Positions 13,240 to 25,253 of a stretch of DNA of 64,000 bases are shown here, one piece after another. Position 1 is the first letter of the stretch; every line of letters starts with the position of its first letter. The notes beneath the pieces were generated by a model. That model was not told where the DNA came from. It did not search any database and saw nothing but the letters and a program-made list of their open reading frames with translations. The DNA is from Octopus vulgaris. Taxonomy: Eukaryota. The DNA lies in NCBI GenBank assembly GCA_951406725.2, contig OX597814.1, positions 220,038,001 through 220,102,000 of the forward strand, read 5' to 3'. Position numbers and translations under genes: made by a program.

Positions 13240-13835
13240 CATATATATGCACATGCACACATACATATATACACACACACAGATATATGTGTGTTTGTAT
13301 ATATGTGTGTGTATATATATATGTGTGTGTGTGTTTGTATATGAGTTTGTTAGAATGTTTGATAGATTGGAAGGAGTCCATACTGTTTCCTCACATATAA
13401 AAGAAATATCACAAACGGGGTGGGGGGGAGAGTTGACAAGCATAGATGTCCCAGACTCTTTTGTTTCCAGAGTAAAATGGACCATAGACCATGGACCAAA
13501 CTGCAATATCAGTGCATTATTGATTGCAACAATCACCCAGATTATTGCTGACCAGTTGCAATGGTTTTTATCAGAGCAAGCCACGCTTCATAACATTTCA
13601 AACCATACACATTATACATGCAAGTGTGCATATATATCGCATAAATACATTATGCATGTATGTTGACAGTTTGTTCTTTGCAAATTTCTTTTTGGCACAG
13701 ATTTTGATGATGATTATGATGTTTTCTCTTTCTGGTTATTCGTTTCTTATTATCATTCATATATTTTCTTCTTCATCAAATCTATCTCTGTTAAAGCTAG
13801 AAATCTTTCAAAATGAATCAAAGCTGATCAAGTTC

Positions 13836-14099
13836 TTAAACAAATGATGAAAAACCTGCGACTGGTGTTCGAGATCCTGCAGTGTTATTAACCATCATGT
13901 AGCCACCGTTAACGTTCATGCCGTAAGTGCTACTGTCAGCTTCCTCACTGTCTGTGTAGTTGTAGGCGCTATACATTGATCGAGGATTGCTCTGTTGCCA
14001 AGACTGGCGGACTGTATCGTTAACGTACTGATTGTAGAATGTTCCAGCAGTTGTGGTATTTGTATTCTTTACAGTTTCATCTTCACTCTCGTCACTTGG
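13836..14099 (-). CDS. sdk: Sidekick, last coding exon (cytoplasmic tail with PDZ-binding motif)
   Basis: Acceptor ttttatag|, phase 0, 264 nt: PSDESEDETVKNTNTTTAGTFYNQYVNDTVRQSWQQSNPRSMYSAYNYTDSEEADSSTYGMNVNGGYMMVNNTAGSRTPVAGFSSFV*. The C-terminal GFSSFV is the hallmark of Sidekick proteins. Confidence 0.95.
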   Translation of the reverse strand, partial: PSDESEDETVKNTNTTTAGTFYNQYVNDTVRQSWQQSNPRSMYSAYNYTDSEEADSSTYGMNVNGGYMMVNNTAGSRTPVAGFSSFV

Positions 14100-14129
14100 C
14101 TATAAAAGAAAGGAAAAAAAGACAATCAA

Positions 14130-14990
14130 ATTAGTTTTCAAAGCTGAGTCTGCAGAAGAATTAGAAAAGAAATTCTTGGTACGAAAGCAAAATCTAGAAT
14201 ACAGAGGATTCCAGGTAAACTTAGCAAAGATTAAAGTGTTAATAAGTAGGAAGGTATGCAAGGGCACCCAATATGTTATGGGCACACAAGAAATATAGTG
14301 GAATAACAGGCAGACTAACAGTGAAGGCAAGCTTTGTATGTAGAAGATGCACTGAAGGAATATACACTAAGAGCATATGGGAAATGGTTAGGCTCTCTTA
14401 AATGCCTGACTGGCTCTCCTGGAGAAGTCAATAGCTTCTGTTACTTAGGTAACACAATTAGCAGAAGAGGTGGTTGTTTAGAAAGTACAGCAACCAAAGT
14501 CTGAGTGAATTGGAAAAGGTTGAAGGGACTATAACTTCTGTTGGCTACAAAAGTTTTCTCTCTCAGAGTGTAGGGTTGACTGTATGATACTTGTGAACTG
14601 CAATGCTGTGTGTTAGTGAGATATGGGGCTTGACTGTAGAAGACTGCAAAGGCTAGAATGAAATGAAACAAGCTTGCACCAATAGATGTGCAACATTAAT
14701 GTGCATGGAATCCAAAGGATAAATTAATTTAGAGAGAAAGTGGATATAAGCAGAATTAGGTGTAGTGTATAAGAAGGCTGTTTGGTATAAGCAGATGATG
14801 CATATGAAAGATGACCACTGCATAAAGAATTACTGAGAACTCCAAATTAATAGAACCTGTGGAAAAAAGGAGTTCAAGAAAGATTTTGGATGAAGTGGCG
14901 AAGGTTGATCTGAAGATACTGCATCTCACAGAAGTAATGACAAAGGATCAAACTGACTTGTGATATGTGATGCTGTAGAAGACTCTACCA
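14130..14990 (+). mobile_element. Degenerate RTE LINE (RT C-terminal half)
   Basis: Reads LVFKAESAEELEKKFLVRKQNLEYRGFQVNLAKIKVLISRK, then SFCYLGNTISRRGGCLES and KVFSLRV*G*LYDTC, with many stops and frameshifts. Confidence 0.75.
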
Positions 14991-16184
14991 TCTATGCAGG
15001 AGGTACCCTGACATGAAAATAGTGTTTAGATACTGAGATACTTTGTAGTCTGCCAAGTATACAACTTACATTTTGTTTCCTTCCCCACTCACCTGACACC
15101 CATTAAATATTTTGACTCGTCACTTCATTGGCCCACCTTCATTCCTCTTATGTATAAGAAAATGCACCGGTCCTCTTCAACCATCTAACTCCCTTACCCG
15201 TCACAAGACCCATGCTTAAAAGATTGCATTGCACTGTCTTCAGGCCTCTACAATTCCTTCTCATCACCTAATTTTTATCTTATCCCATCATCTACCCACA
15301 GCTATGTCTACCTCTGCTGTTTTGAACAGTCTTGCCACATACATCAACCTGCTGCTCCTTTCTTCCATCCAAACATCCAGGCCCTTTTGTTATCATTGAT
15401 CTCTCTTCTAATTACCTCCTTCGTCTCATGAACATCTGCAGTCATCCGAAGTTATTGAGCACTCTCAACACTTATTTGCATCTCTGACCCCGGTACTGCT
15501 CTGGCCCCATATTTCCTCACCCTAGTTTACATATCTGAGTCCTGAATACTCTCTACATTGTCTTGTGTTCAGGACCCCACCTGTACTGGTATCGGCTGAC
15601 CAAAATGTAATCACTTAATTGGACAGGTGAATGAGACAACCTATCTAATGTTGGTACCACAAAATGCATTCAACATAGACAGTACAGTGAATGGCAAACT
15701 GAGTAAAGATTGCAGAGGGTTCTGGGGGTTTATTCATTCAACCTCTCTAGAGTTGATGGTATGGAAAATGCACCCAGTACACTCTGTAAGATTGTTGGTG
15801 ATAGGAAGGGCATCCAGCTTTAGAAATCAAGCCAGATGATATATAGGAGCATCAGTCTAAGGAGGCAGTAGTTTCTAACAGAAGATGATTCAGACTGTGG
15901 CAGCCTGTCCTGGCAATATCTGTATATGTGTGTGTAGGTCCATCATAATTTTATATATGTAATCTGGACGATGATATATGAATCTCAATGCCTTTTGTGT
16001 CTTACAGATAAACAAGAAATACCAACCATCTTTATAGTACCACAACATAGCCTTCTGTGTCCAGTCACCTTTGAGTTCCTTTCTTGTAGGCTGCCTCTCT
16101 AAATCATTCACTTTCACTACCTGCTTAATTCTAGCATTTAGTGCACACACACACACACACACTTGTGGAACCCATTTATAAGAA

Positions 16185-16460
16185 TCATCATCATCATTTA
16201 ATGTCTGTTATCCATGAAGGCATGGGTTGGATGGTTTAATTAAAGCTGGTAAGATGGAAAGCTGCACCAGGTTTCAGTCTAATTTGATTTAATTTTAACA
16301 GATGGATGCCCTTCCTAATGCCGGCCACTCCACAGAATGTATTGGGTACTTTTTATGTGGCACCAGCATGAATACCATTACGTGGTGCTGGCTGAGGTAC
16401 TTTTTACATGGCACCAACAAGAGTGCTTTTATGTGGTACCAGCACAGGGCTCTTGCAGGC
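16185..16460 (-). mobile_element. Degenerate RTE-tail type retroposon (family with GGTGGCAC-ATAAAAAGCAC core)
   Basis: Contains a (CAT)n tail, GGATGCCCTTCCTAATGCC and repeated TTTTTATGTGGCACCAGCA motifs. Confidence 0.6.
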
Positions 16461-16614
16461 CAATCTACTTCAACAGGGGTGTGAGATATCCAATTAAAGC
16501 AATGGCTCTCGAACTTACAAGTACCAGTTCCCCTCCCACCAGAAAAAAAAAAATATAATAATGTAATCCACTTTGTTCACCATTTCCTCTTTATTAAGAA
16601 AAGAGCAACATATA

Positions 16615-16779
16615 GGCGCAGGAGTGGCTGTGTGGTAAGTACCTTGTTTACCAACCACATGGTTCCGGGTTCAGTCCCACTGCGTGGCACCTCGGGCAAG
16701 TGTCTTCTACTATAGCCTCGGGCCGACCAAAGCCTTGTGAGTGGATTTGGTAGACGGAAACTGAAAGAAGCCCGTCGTA

Positions 16780-16812
<33 letters not shown>

Positions 16813-17042
16813 GCGTGTGTGTGTTTGTATGTCTGTGTTTGTCCCCCTAGCATTGCTTGACAACCAATGCTGGTGTGTTTATGTCCCCGTTACTTAGCGG
16901 TTCGGCAAAAGAGACCGATAGAATAAGTACTGGGCTTACAAAAGAATAAGTCCCGGGGTTGAGTTGCTCGATTAAAGGTGGTGCTCCAGCATGGCCGCAG
17001 TCAAATGACTGAAACAAGTAAAAGAGAAAAGAGAGAAAGAGA
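16615..17042 (+). mobile_element. Family A SINE, full length
   Basis: Head GGCGCAGGAGTGGCTGTGTGGTAAG and B box GGTTCAGTCCC, with the conserved body and tail. Confidence 0.9.
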
Positions 17043-17227
17043 TTGTGCATCTCCCTTTGTTATGGTGTTGGTCACGTTTAAAAGGTTTCAAAATTATCTT
17101 AGTTTTTATTAAGGGAACAGACAAATTGTCTGTCCCCTTTTCAATTCGCATCTGACTCCATCCAGAAGTCTCAAGCCACAGTTTATAAGAATATCTGAAG
17201 AAGCAGAAAACTTTTCAACAGACTTAC

Positions 17228-17351
17228 TTCTGTCAACTCTTCTAAATCTGGCTTTTCTGTTAAGCTACTACTGTTGTCATCTAACGGAGGTTTAGTGTCC
17301 AAATCATCATCAGAATATGTCACACTAGCAGGACTGGGTCGTGGTGGTGAT
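17228..17351 (-). CDS. sdk: Sidekick cytoplasmic exon
   Basis: ttcag|...|gtaagt, 124 nt, phase 2 to 0: (R)SPPRPSPASVTYSDDDLDTKPPLDDNSSSLTEKPDLEELTE. It matches the conserved Sidekick RSPPRPSP..(L/V).YSD.D and SSLTEKP motifs. Confidence 0.93.
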
Positions 17352-17602
17352 CTGAACAAAAACAAACAAACAAACAAATAAATAAAACAAAAAAATAAAT
17401 AAAATAAAATGAAAAACACTAGAGAAATAGAATAAAAATAAATAAATTAAATAAATAAATAAAAAAAAAATTCAAATTCAAAACAGGAATAAATAACAGC
17501 TTGATAATTATTTCAGCAAAGTTAGATAAGTAGATACTGTAGTTGTCATGTATTCCAGTTCAACACACTTAACAGTGGCTGTATAGCTAGAACAGGACAG
17601 AA

Positions 17603-17810
17603 CCCTTTCGTTACTGTATTTCTGTTGAGATGCTCTGTGTTTCTTCCAATTACTTTAAGTATAACAAAGAATTTAGTAAAATAACTTTGTTATCATTCAG
17701 CTAATGTTAGGAACGTAAATTGTGACTAAGATTTTAATTCAAAACTTATGAAAACAACACATTTGTACTCAGAGCCAGAGCCGGTTTCAGCTGGGTTGGT
17801 AATGAAAGGG
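17603..17810. mobile_element. piggyBac-like MITE
   Basis: Ends are CCCTTTCGTTAC...GTAATGAAAGGG. The inverted copy at 36109-36327 is flanked by TTAA. Confidence 0.7.
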
Positions 17811-17940
17811 TTAGATAATATTGTATTATCTACACTTGTAGATAATATTGTATTAATATTGCTTTCCGAAATCCGCCGAAACTACACCTGATTATATATA
17901 CACTTTAGATGAGTTGTAGTGCACCTGAGCACTGTACACA

Positions 17941-17978
<38 letters not shown>

Positions 17979-18209
17979 CTACACTTGTAGATAATATTGT
18001 ATTATCTACACTTGTAGATAATATTGTATAGGACCCAACATGCTAATATGCATTACAATTCAAATGTCAGCCACAACAAGGATGAAAACTCTACAACTGT
18101 GATATGAGGCTAAGAGTAAGATACACACTTGGCTAGCCACTCCCTTATATAAAGTAAACAATGGGACTGGAGGAGACTAAAACTAAGGGTAATCAGGATG
18201 GGCAATAAG

Positions 18210-18422
18210 TACTCTTTACTCTTTACTCTTTTACTTGTTTCAGTCATTTGACTGCGGCCATGCTGGAGCACTGCATTTAGTCGAGCAAATCGATCCCAGG
18301 ACTTATTCTTTGTAAGCCTAGTACTTATTCTATTGGTCTCTTTTTGCCAAATCACTAAGTTACGGGGGCATAAACACATCAGCAACGGTTGTCAAGCAAT
18401 GTTGGGGCGGATGGGGGGGGGC

Positions 18423-18468
<46 letters not shown>

Positions 18469-18669
18469 CACACACATACATATATATATATACATATGCA
18501 TATATACGATGGGCTTCTTTCAGTTTCCGTCTACCAAATCCACTCACAAGGCTTTGGTTGGCCCAAAGCTATAGTAGAAGACACTTGCCTAAGGTGCCAT
18601 GCAGTGGGACTGAACCTGGAACTATGTGGTTGGTAAGCAAGCTACTTACCACACAGCCATTCCTGCGCC
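18210..18669 (-). mobile_element. Family A SINE, full length
   Basis: Same structure as the 9478 copy. Confidence 0.9.
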
Positions 18670-18949
18670 TGTGTGTACAAACAGTGAGTACAAACTGTTC
18701 AAAAGTGAAAGAAATTAGGTTGGTATGAGGTAGGAAAAAAGTCTCATGTTTTGGGCAGTACCACCCCAAATGACAAAGTATTGCCAGGTAAGTTAAACTT
18801 GTCATCTGTGTGCTTGTTATCACCTTTGTATTTCCATTAGCTTTTCCCATGCTGGCATGGGTTGTACAAGACTTCTGAAAGCAGCACTCTACAGAGAAGT
18901 GGCCAAATGTCTTTCTTGATATCAACCCTCATTTGTTCTTCATATACTG

Positions 18950-19743
18950 AGAATCAGAATCGAAATCGATCAATGGAAATTGCAGCTGAGTTACCAGTGC
19001 CGGTGGCATGTAAGAACGTGGCCGTTGCCAGCGCCGCCCCGACTGGCCTCGTGCCGGTGGCATGTAAAAAGCACCATCCGTTCGTGGTTGCTGCCAGCCT
19101 CACCTGGCCCCCGTGCCGGTGGCACATAAAAAGCACCATCTGATCGTGGCCGTTGCCAGCCTCGCCTGGCCCCCGTGCCGGTGGCACATAAAAAGCACCA
19201 TCCGATCGTGGCCGTTGCCAGCTTCATCTGGTTTCTGTGCCGGTGGCACGTAAAAGCACCATCCGTTCGTGGTCGTTGCCAGCCTCGCCTGGACCCTGTG
19301 CCGGTGGCACATAAAAAGCACCATCTGATCGTGGCCGTTGCCAGCCTCGCCTGGCCCCCGTGCCGGTGGCACATAAAAAGCACCATCCGATCGTGGCCGT
19401 TGCCAGCTTCATCTGGTTTCTGTGCCGGTGGCACGTAAAAAGCACCATCCGTTCGTGGTCGTTGCCAGCCTCGCCTGGCCCCCGTGCCGGTGGCACATAA
19501 AAAGCACCATCCGATCGTGGCCGTTGCCAGCTTCGTCTGGTCTCCGTGCCGGTGGCACGTAAAAAGCACCCACTACACTCACAGAGTGGTTGGCGTTAGG
19601 AAGGGCATCCAGCCGTAGAAACATTGCCAGATCAAACTGGGCCTGGTGCAGCCTTCTGGCTTCCCAGATCCCCAGTTGAACCGTCCAACCCATGCTAGCA
19701 TGGAAAGCAGACGCTAAACAATGATGATGATGATGATGATGAT
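18950..19743 (+). mobile_element. Retroposon with an internal 62-bp tandem array and an RTE-like 3' tail
   Basis: About nine units of GTGCCGGTGGCACATAAAAAGCACCATC..., then GTGGTTGGCGTTAGGAAGGGCATCCAGC...CCATGCTAGCATGG and (GAT)n. Confidence 0.8.
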
Positions 19744-19772
19744 ACTACTTTCAGATGTGTGTTAGAGAGAGT

Positions 19773-19809
<37 letters not shown>

Positions 19810-20719
19810 AATGTGTTTTAATGGGAGGCATAAAGAGCATCAGAACTGATATAGTATCATGGAAAGATGTGGATATAAACACATATACATTCAAGCATGC
19901 ATGTGCACACACACACACACACACATGCATGATGAGTTTCTGTACAGATTCAGTCTGCTGGTTCCACTAACAAGGTATTAGTCACTCAAGCACTATAACA
20001 GAAGAAACTTGCCCAAGGTGCCATGCAGTGGGATCAAATGAAAAACTGCATGCTGGCAAAGCAAGCCTCTTAATCATGGAGTTGTGCCTCACATTAAAGT
20101 AATTTATTCCAGTGCTTGAACGTAATCATAATATCTATAACAAGAACTATGTAACATCACACAATAAAAGTCACGGAATATTAAGAAAAGAAACAAAAAG
20201 AGAAACGTTAAAAACACAAGCCAACAAAGGATCTGCCACATGGTCATGTGAACTGTAAGAAATAGCAGCCAAGTTTCCACAAAATCATACTCTACCAATT
20301 AAAAAAAAAAAAAAAATTTAGGCTTATAATGGAGAATATATATTATGTCAGTGATATACTATGCCAGTGGGGAGGGGAGATAAGGAGGATGGCCATGGAT
20401 GGCTTTTGATCGCAGGTTAGCTAATTCATTGTTCACTTAAGGCTAAACAACAAAAACAGCCCCGTCTTAAAATCAAACATCACATTATTCTATAAAGTTA
20501 CAGACAAAACTGTGTTGAATTAACGAATCAATATTTGTCACAAAGATCACACTCATACTGAACAAATTTCTGATCAGCCTACAATATGAGTTTAAATAAA
20601 CCTTTCTGATTTTGGCACAAGGCCAGCAATTTTAAGAGAAGGACGAACTCAGTTACATCAAACAGTGCTCCACTGGTTCTTATTTTACTGAACTCAAAAA
20701 AGATAAAAGGCAAAGTTGG

Positions 20720-20845
20720 ATGATGATAACGACGATGATGATGATGTTGATGATGATGATGATGATGATGACGATGACGAAGATGATGATGATGATGTTG
20801 ATGATGATGATGATGGTGATGATGATGAAGATGATGATGATGATA
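20720..20845. repeat. Imperfect (GAT)n microsatellite
   Basis: Seen directly. Confidence 0.9.
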
Positions 20846-21049
20846 GCAATTAATGAAAACAGGGGGAAAAAATCCAAAAGAATATAATCATGAAATAGTT
20901 ACTCAATGGTGACACCAAATCTTTAAAAAAAATCTTCACTTGCAAAACCATGAGTAAAAATTTGTTTGAGTCAACTTATTCGCACTGTTAAACTCAGTAA
21001 GAGCAACAGTGGTAATGATGGTGGACGTATAGAAATAATCAAAGCCATG

Positions 21050-21245
21050 TGCGGGTGGCACGTAAAAAGCACCCACTACACTCACGGAGTGGTTGGCGTT
21101 AGGAAGGGCATCCAGCCGTAGAAACACTGCCAGATCTGACTGGGCCTGATGAAGCCTTCTGGCTTCACAGACCCCAGTAGAACCGTCCAACCCATGCTAG
21201 CATGGAAAACGGACGCTAAATGATGATGATGATGATGATGATGAT
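21050..21245 (+). mobile_element. 5'-truncated copy of the RTE-tail retroposon
   Basis: Matches 19547-19743 and ends in (GAT)n. Confidence 0.85.
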
Positions 21246-22426
21246 TTTACCAGCTTTCTTAATTGCATTAAAATTTATAAGGCTAAAAAATCCTTTAAAA
21301 TCCTTTGAGATTTGTCATGCCTTAAATCAACTCCTCCCTAATCTAGTGGTCCATTGAAAACACTGTTCAGCTGTAAAAAATGATACTCTCATTTATCAAA
21401 CAGATAATCATATTTATTTATTTATAAAATTCTGTGTGTGTGCATGTCGGGGTGGGGGGAAGATACCACGTTGAAATATATTTAATCAGTGAACTAATTA
21501 TCTGTTGTACAATCAAAGTTCCTGGAGCCTGCATGTTCAGTGGGGAGTAACAGTGATAGTCTCATTACCTGATCTAAATCGCTTGTTTTTGTTCATTAAA
21601 TATTTCATAAGTATTCTGCGGAATGAAATACTTAGTCTCAACATCCATAATTTTATTGTTTACTGAAGATTATGTGCTAAAGTAAGCACTAACACATTCG
21701 ATTTTGTGAGCTACTATAGTAACAATTTTAATTCATTAAGACTATGTCTTTTATACTGAAAGAGATAAACTCAAAGCAAATATGATAGCATAAGTTGAAA
21801 AGAAAAAAAATACTCTTTTTGAAATGAGTTGATGTACACGAGATCCAATTAATTAAAATTGGAAGAATAGATGATGGTGAAAGATTGTCTGATTATGTAG
21901 TTGTATTGTCATCATCATGAACAGGATGAAAACCTTAGGTGTGCCAGTATTTAAAAGGCACATTTTCCAAGTCTTGAAAGAGCACATATCTTTTAGAAAG
22001 TAAGTACAAGTTTCAAAACTCTTTACAAGCAACACAGTGTGCTCTTGAAATCTTCACTTATGATCTGGATCTTGAGGGAAAATTTATTTATTTATCTATA
22101 ATACATACTCTTATCATATACAAAATACAAATCTAATTTTAGGTAAAGAAATCTAAGAAAAATATCTCTTGTATATAATACGCACTATAAAATGGTGCTA
22201 AAATAACATCACCAAGCTAGTTTTTGTGTTTAATGTGCACACACAAATTTTTAAGATTTAATAATCTGGCAAAAAATATGCATTATACACAAATGAATAT
22301 GGGATGTGACATTTGAAATTAATGGGAGATTGCCATCTTATCTGTTTAGCTATAATTATATAAGAAATTATATGAAATTTTGATAATTTACAAAGGTTAA
22401 TACATGACAAAAATTGTAAGACTAAC

Positions 22427-22565
22427 CTCATACTACGCAAAGAATTGGTACGATGACCGATAGTTCTCCGTGACTGACGTCGATCAAATGTGGAAAATCC
22501 TCCATCATCAAGTACTGGGGGCTCCAGTGGAAGAGGTGGGGTGTTACGTCTGCGAATAGTTTCAC
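22427..22565 (-). CDS. sdk: Sidekick juxtamembrane cytoplasmic exon
   Basis: ttacag|...|gttagt, 139 nt, phase 1 to 2: (R)ETIRRRNTPPLPLEPPVLDDGGFSTFDRRQSRRTIGHRTNSLRSM(R). LDDGGF corresponds to the Sidekick LD.GGF motif and the exon joins in frame on both sides. Confidence 0.92.
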
Positions 22566-23444
22566 CTGTAAAATATTGTAACAATGGTAATATTAGGTAA
22601 GGTCAGAAATTGAAGTAGCAAAGTATATGTTAATACAATATATGAATAAATTGCTAAGCTGCATACAAGTTCAAGGGTGGGATTATATGAAACTGTTACA
22701 GACAAGGTACCAAGGCACCAACAAAGAAATCGGCTAACACTTTACCTATTACAGAATGGTGATTACTTTTGTTCAAGCAAGGCTGGAAGTCTCTGTATGT
22801 TGTATTATTTTGATCAAGTAAACAAACATGCAAATATGGTGGAGAAGGATCTGAAATATTTTGTTCAAAGAAAGCTGTTGAGGAACATCCCTAACTCAAT
22901 TGTAGAAATTCTATAAGGTATGGATCTCAGAAGTCACCTCAGTGATACTCTGTCTTTCTTTCTATTGTCTGAATAGATATGGGTAACAGAGTAAAAGAAC
23001 GTAAAAAAAAGGGTAAAGACTCCCTTTGGTCACGCATGACCAAGTGATTGCACCCAGAAAGACTTTAATCCACATCATTTTAAAAGAGGAAGTTTGTATT
23101 ACAGAGATGGTCCCAGACAGATTGATATTAAAAGGGTTAAAAGCATAATAATATTTCCATCACAGAAATAAAGACTAACTAAAGGTTTTTTTCTTGCTTT
23201 CTCTTGTAGGTTTATAAGAATATTTTAAGCTTATATAAACCATACAATTGGTTAAACAAAACAATAAAACATGATGCTTAGAATATAAGATCCCATTTGG
23301 ATTTAAAGACAATAAACAACAGAAAAAATACATTAAGGCTAGTTGTTGTGTTAATGGAAGATTGCTTTCAGTTTTCTGACATTTGACAATACACTAATTA
23401 GGCCACTTTGAGAGTTTCTGATTTAAAGAATGAGTTCTACTTAC

Positions 23445-23591
23445 GGGTCATCTTTCGCTTCCTGCCAACCAGGACCAATAACAGCACAACAGCCATTATG
23501 ACAATTAAACCACTCAGGGCAATAATAAGCAAGAACCACCATTCTGTATGAAACGGCCGTTCACTGAATGTACGCATTTTCCCAATTTCAC
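23445..23591 (-). CDS. sdk: Sidekick transmembrane exon
   Basis: ccatag|...|gtaagt, 147 nt, phase 1 to 1: (G)EIGKMRTFSERPFHTEWWFLLIIALSGLIVIMAVVLLLVLVGRKRKMT. The PF..EWWFL...ALS pattern is typical of Sidekick TM segments. Confidence 0.95.
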
Positions 23592-25253
23592 CTATGGAGA
23601 AAATAAAAGTGATGTATATACATATACATACATATATATATAGAACAGACAGTAAAACAAGAAAATGAATATCTTTAAAATCAGATCAAAACAAAGATGT
23701 TTTAAAATAGAATATATAATGCAACATCATCGTTTAACATCTGTTTTCCATGCTGGCATGGGTTGGAAAGTTTGACAGGAGCTGTCCAGCTGAGGAGCTG
23801 CTTAGGCTCTATGTCTGTTTTGGCATGGTTACTATGGCTGAATGCCCTTCCTATTGCCAACCACTACACAAAGTGTTCTGGGAGCTTATACATAGCATTG
23901 GCATGGCTGCATTTACATGGAACCAGTACATGTACTTTATATGTGGTACCAGTACGCACCAGCCCACAAGATTAGGAACACTCAGTTGGAGGGAGGTGCA
24001 GAGAACATACTTATATGCAAAGACAACCTTGCATATAAGTATGTTCCCTGTATCTCTTGATTTTACTTAGCTTGATGTGTCTTCTCAAGCTGAGCAAACT
24101 GCCAGGAGTCTCAGTGTGATGTAATTTCATAAAAGCATTTATATGAATGATTTGGAAAAACAAAAATGAAAAGCCAATGATGTATTATAAAATCTCAATG
24201 ATGGCCCTTCATTTGCATTGGTTTCTGGTTTAAAGAAACAAGTATAGCTGTGAGGTTAAGAAGTTTATTTGCAGCCTGGTTTCAAGTTTAGTCCCATTGT
24301 GTGGCACTGTAAGCAGGTGTCTTTTAATAAACCCCCAGGTTGATTAATGCCATGTGAAATGTACTTTACAATCACTATGTACTTTACAATTGTCATTGCT
24401 TTAGCAAAGCAGTGCTGATCTTGACATCCTCTGTTGATATGAATAGTTGTTCTGCACTTGTAAAGACATGCTTGAATGCAGAAAACTCTTACTTGAAAAA
24501 CAGGTAAGTGTTGGCAACAAAAAGATTATCCACCTGTAAAATCCTGCATCAAATATCTCTCTTACAAGACCCTGGTCTTCATGGAAAAACCAGTGTTAAA
24601 TTAGTGTATACATTTCAAGTTAACTTAGCCAAAAGCAGCCCTTTTATAAAATAAACATTTGCAATTGTCACCAGCTCTTACACATTTCCAAGTAAGCCAT
24701 TTAATCCTTTGTTATTTTTGAATGATGAACCACTCAATAGTGAGGTCAAAATACAAATAGGAAGACACAAACACCTCATCCAGACATACTGTTGTCATTG
24801 TATGAGTCATTTTCATGAGCTGGAGGACAATATGTTGCTTCAGTGTTTCACTTTTGACATAGTCTCCTTTTCCTAAGCCAAACCTCTTTAATGTGCGAAC
24901 TGGGTACAATCTATAGGGATTTCGTTGTCACCAACAAGACTAAAAAATCTTCTTGATACCTGTGTTGTTACTACTCAAGTTGATTTCTAGCCAGTAAGAA
25001 TGTGTTTTAGGAGGTCTTTGTGGTAGAAATACTAGTGAGGTTGATTTGTAGCTTGGAAAGCAAAAGGAAGTCCCATGATGAATGGAAAAGATTTATTGTT
25101 GTGAGAGGATGGTAATGAAGAGAACATATACATACACACACACACACATATATACATACACAAATGCATATAAATACATACAAACAATACACTGATACAC
25201 ACACATACATGATCAAGTTTCGGACTTATGCCAACCACTCTGAGAGTGTAGTG

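Noticed and set aside
10200-13835. sdk 3' UTR end and polyadenylation site
   Set aside because: No unambiguous poly(A) signal can be picked in this AT-rich, repeat-laden sequence without transcript data.
16615-16690. tRNA-like heads of the SINE families as tRNA genes
   Set aside because: They continue into SINE bodies and tails and lack a full cloverleaf.
18995-19572. CRISPR-like look (constant hairpin core with variable intervening sequence)
   Set aside because: The 'spacers' are homologous variants of each other, there are no cas genes, and the context is a eukaryotic retroposon.
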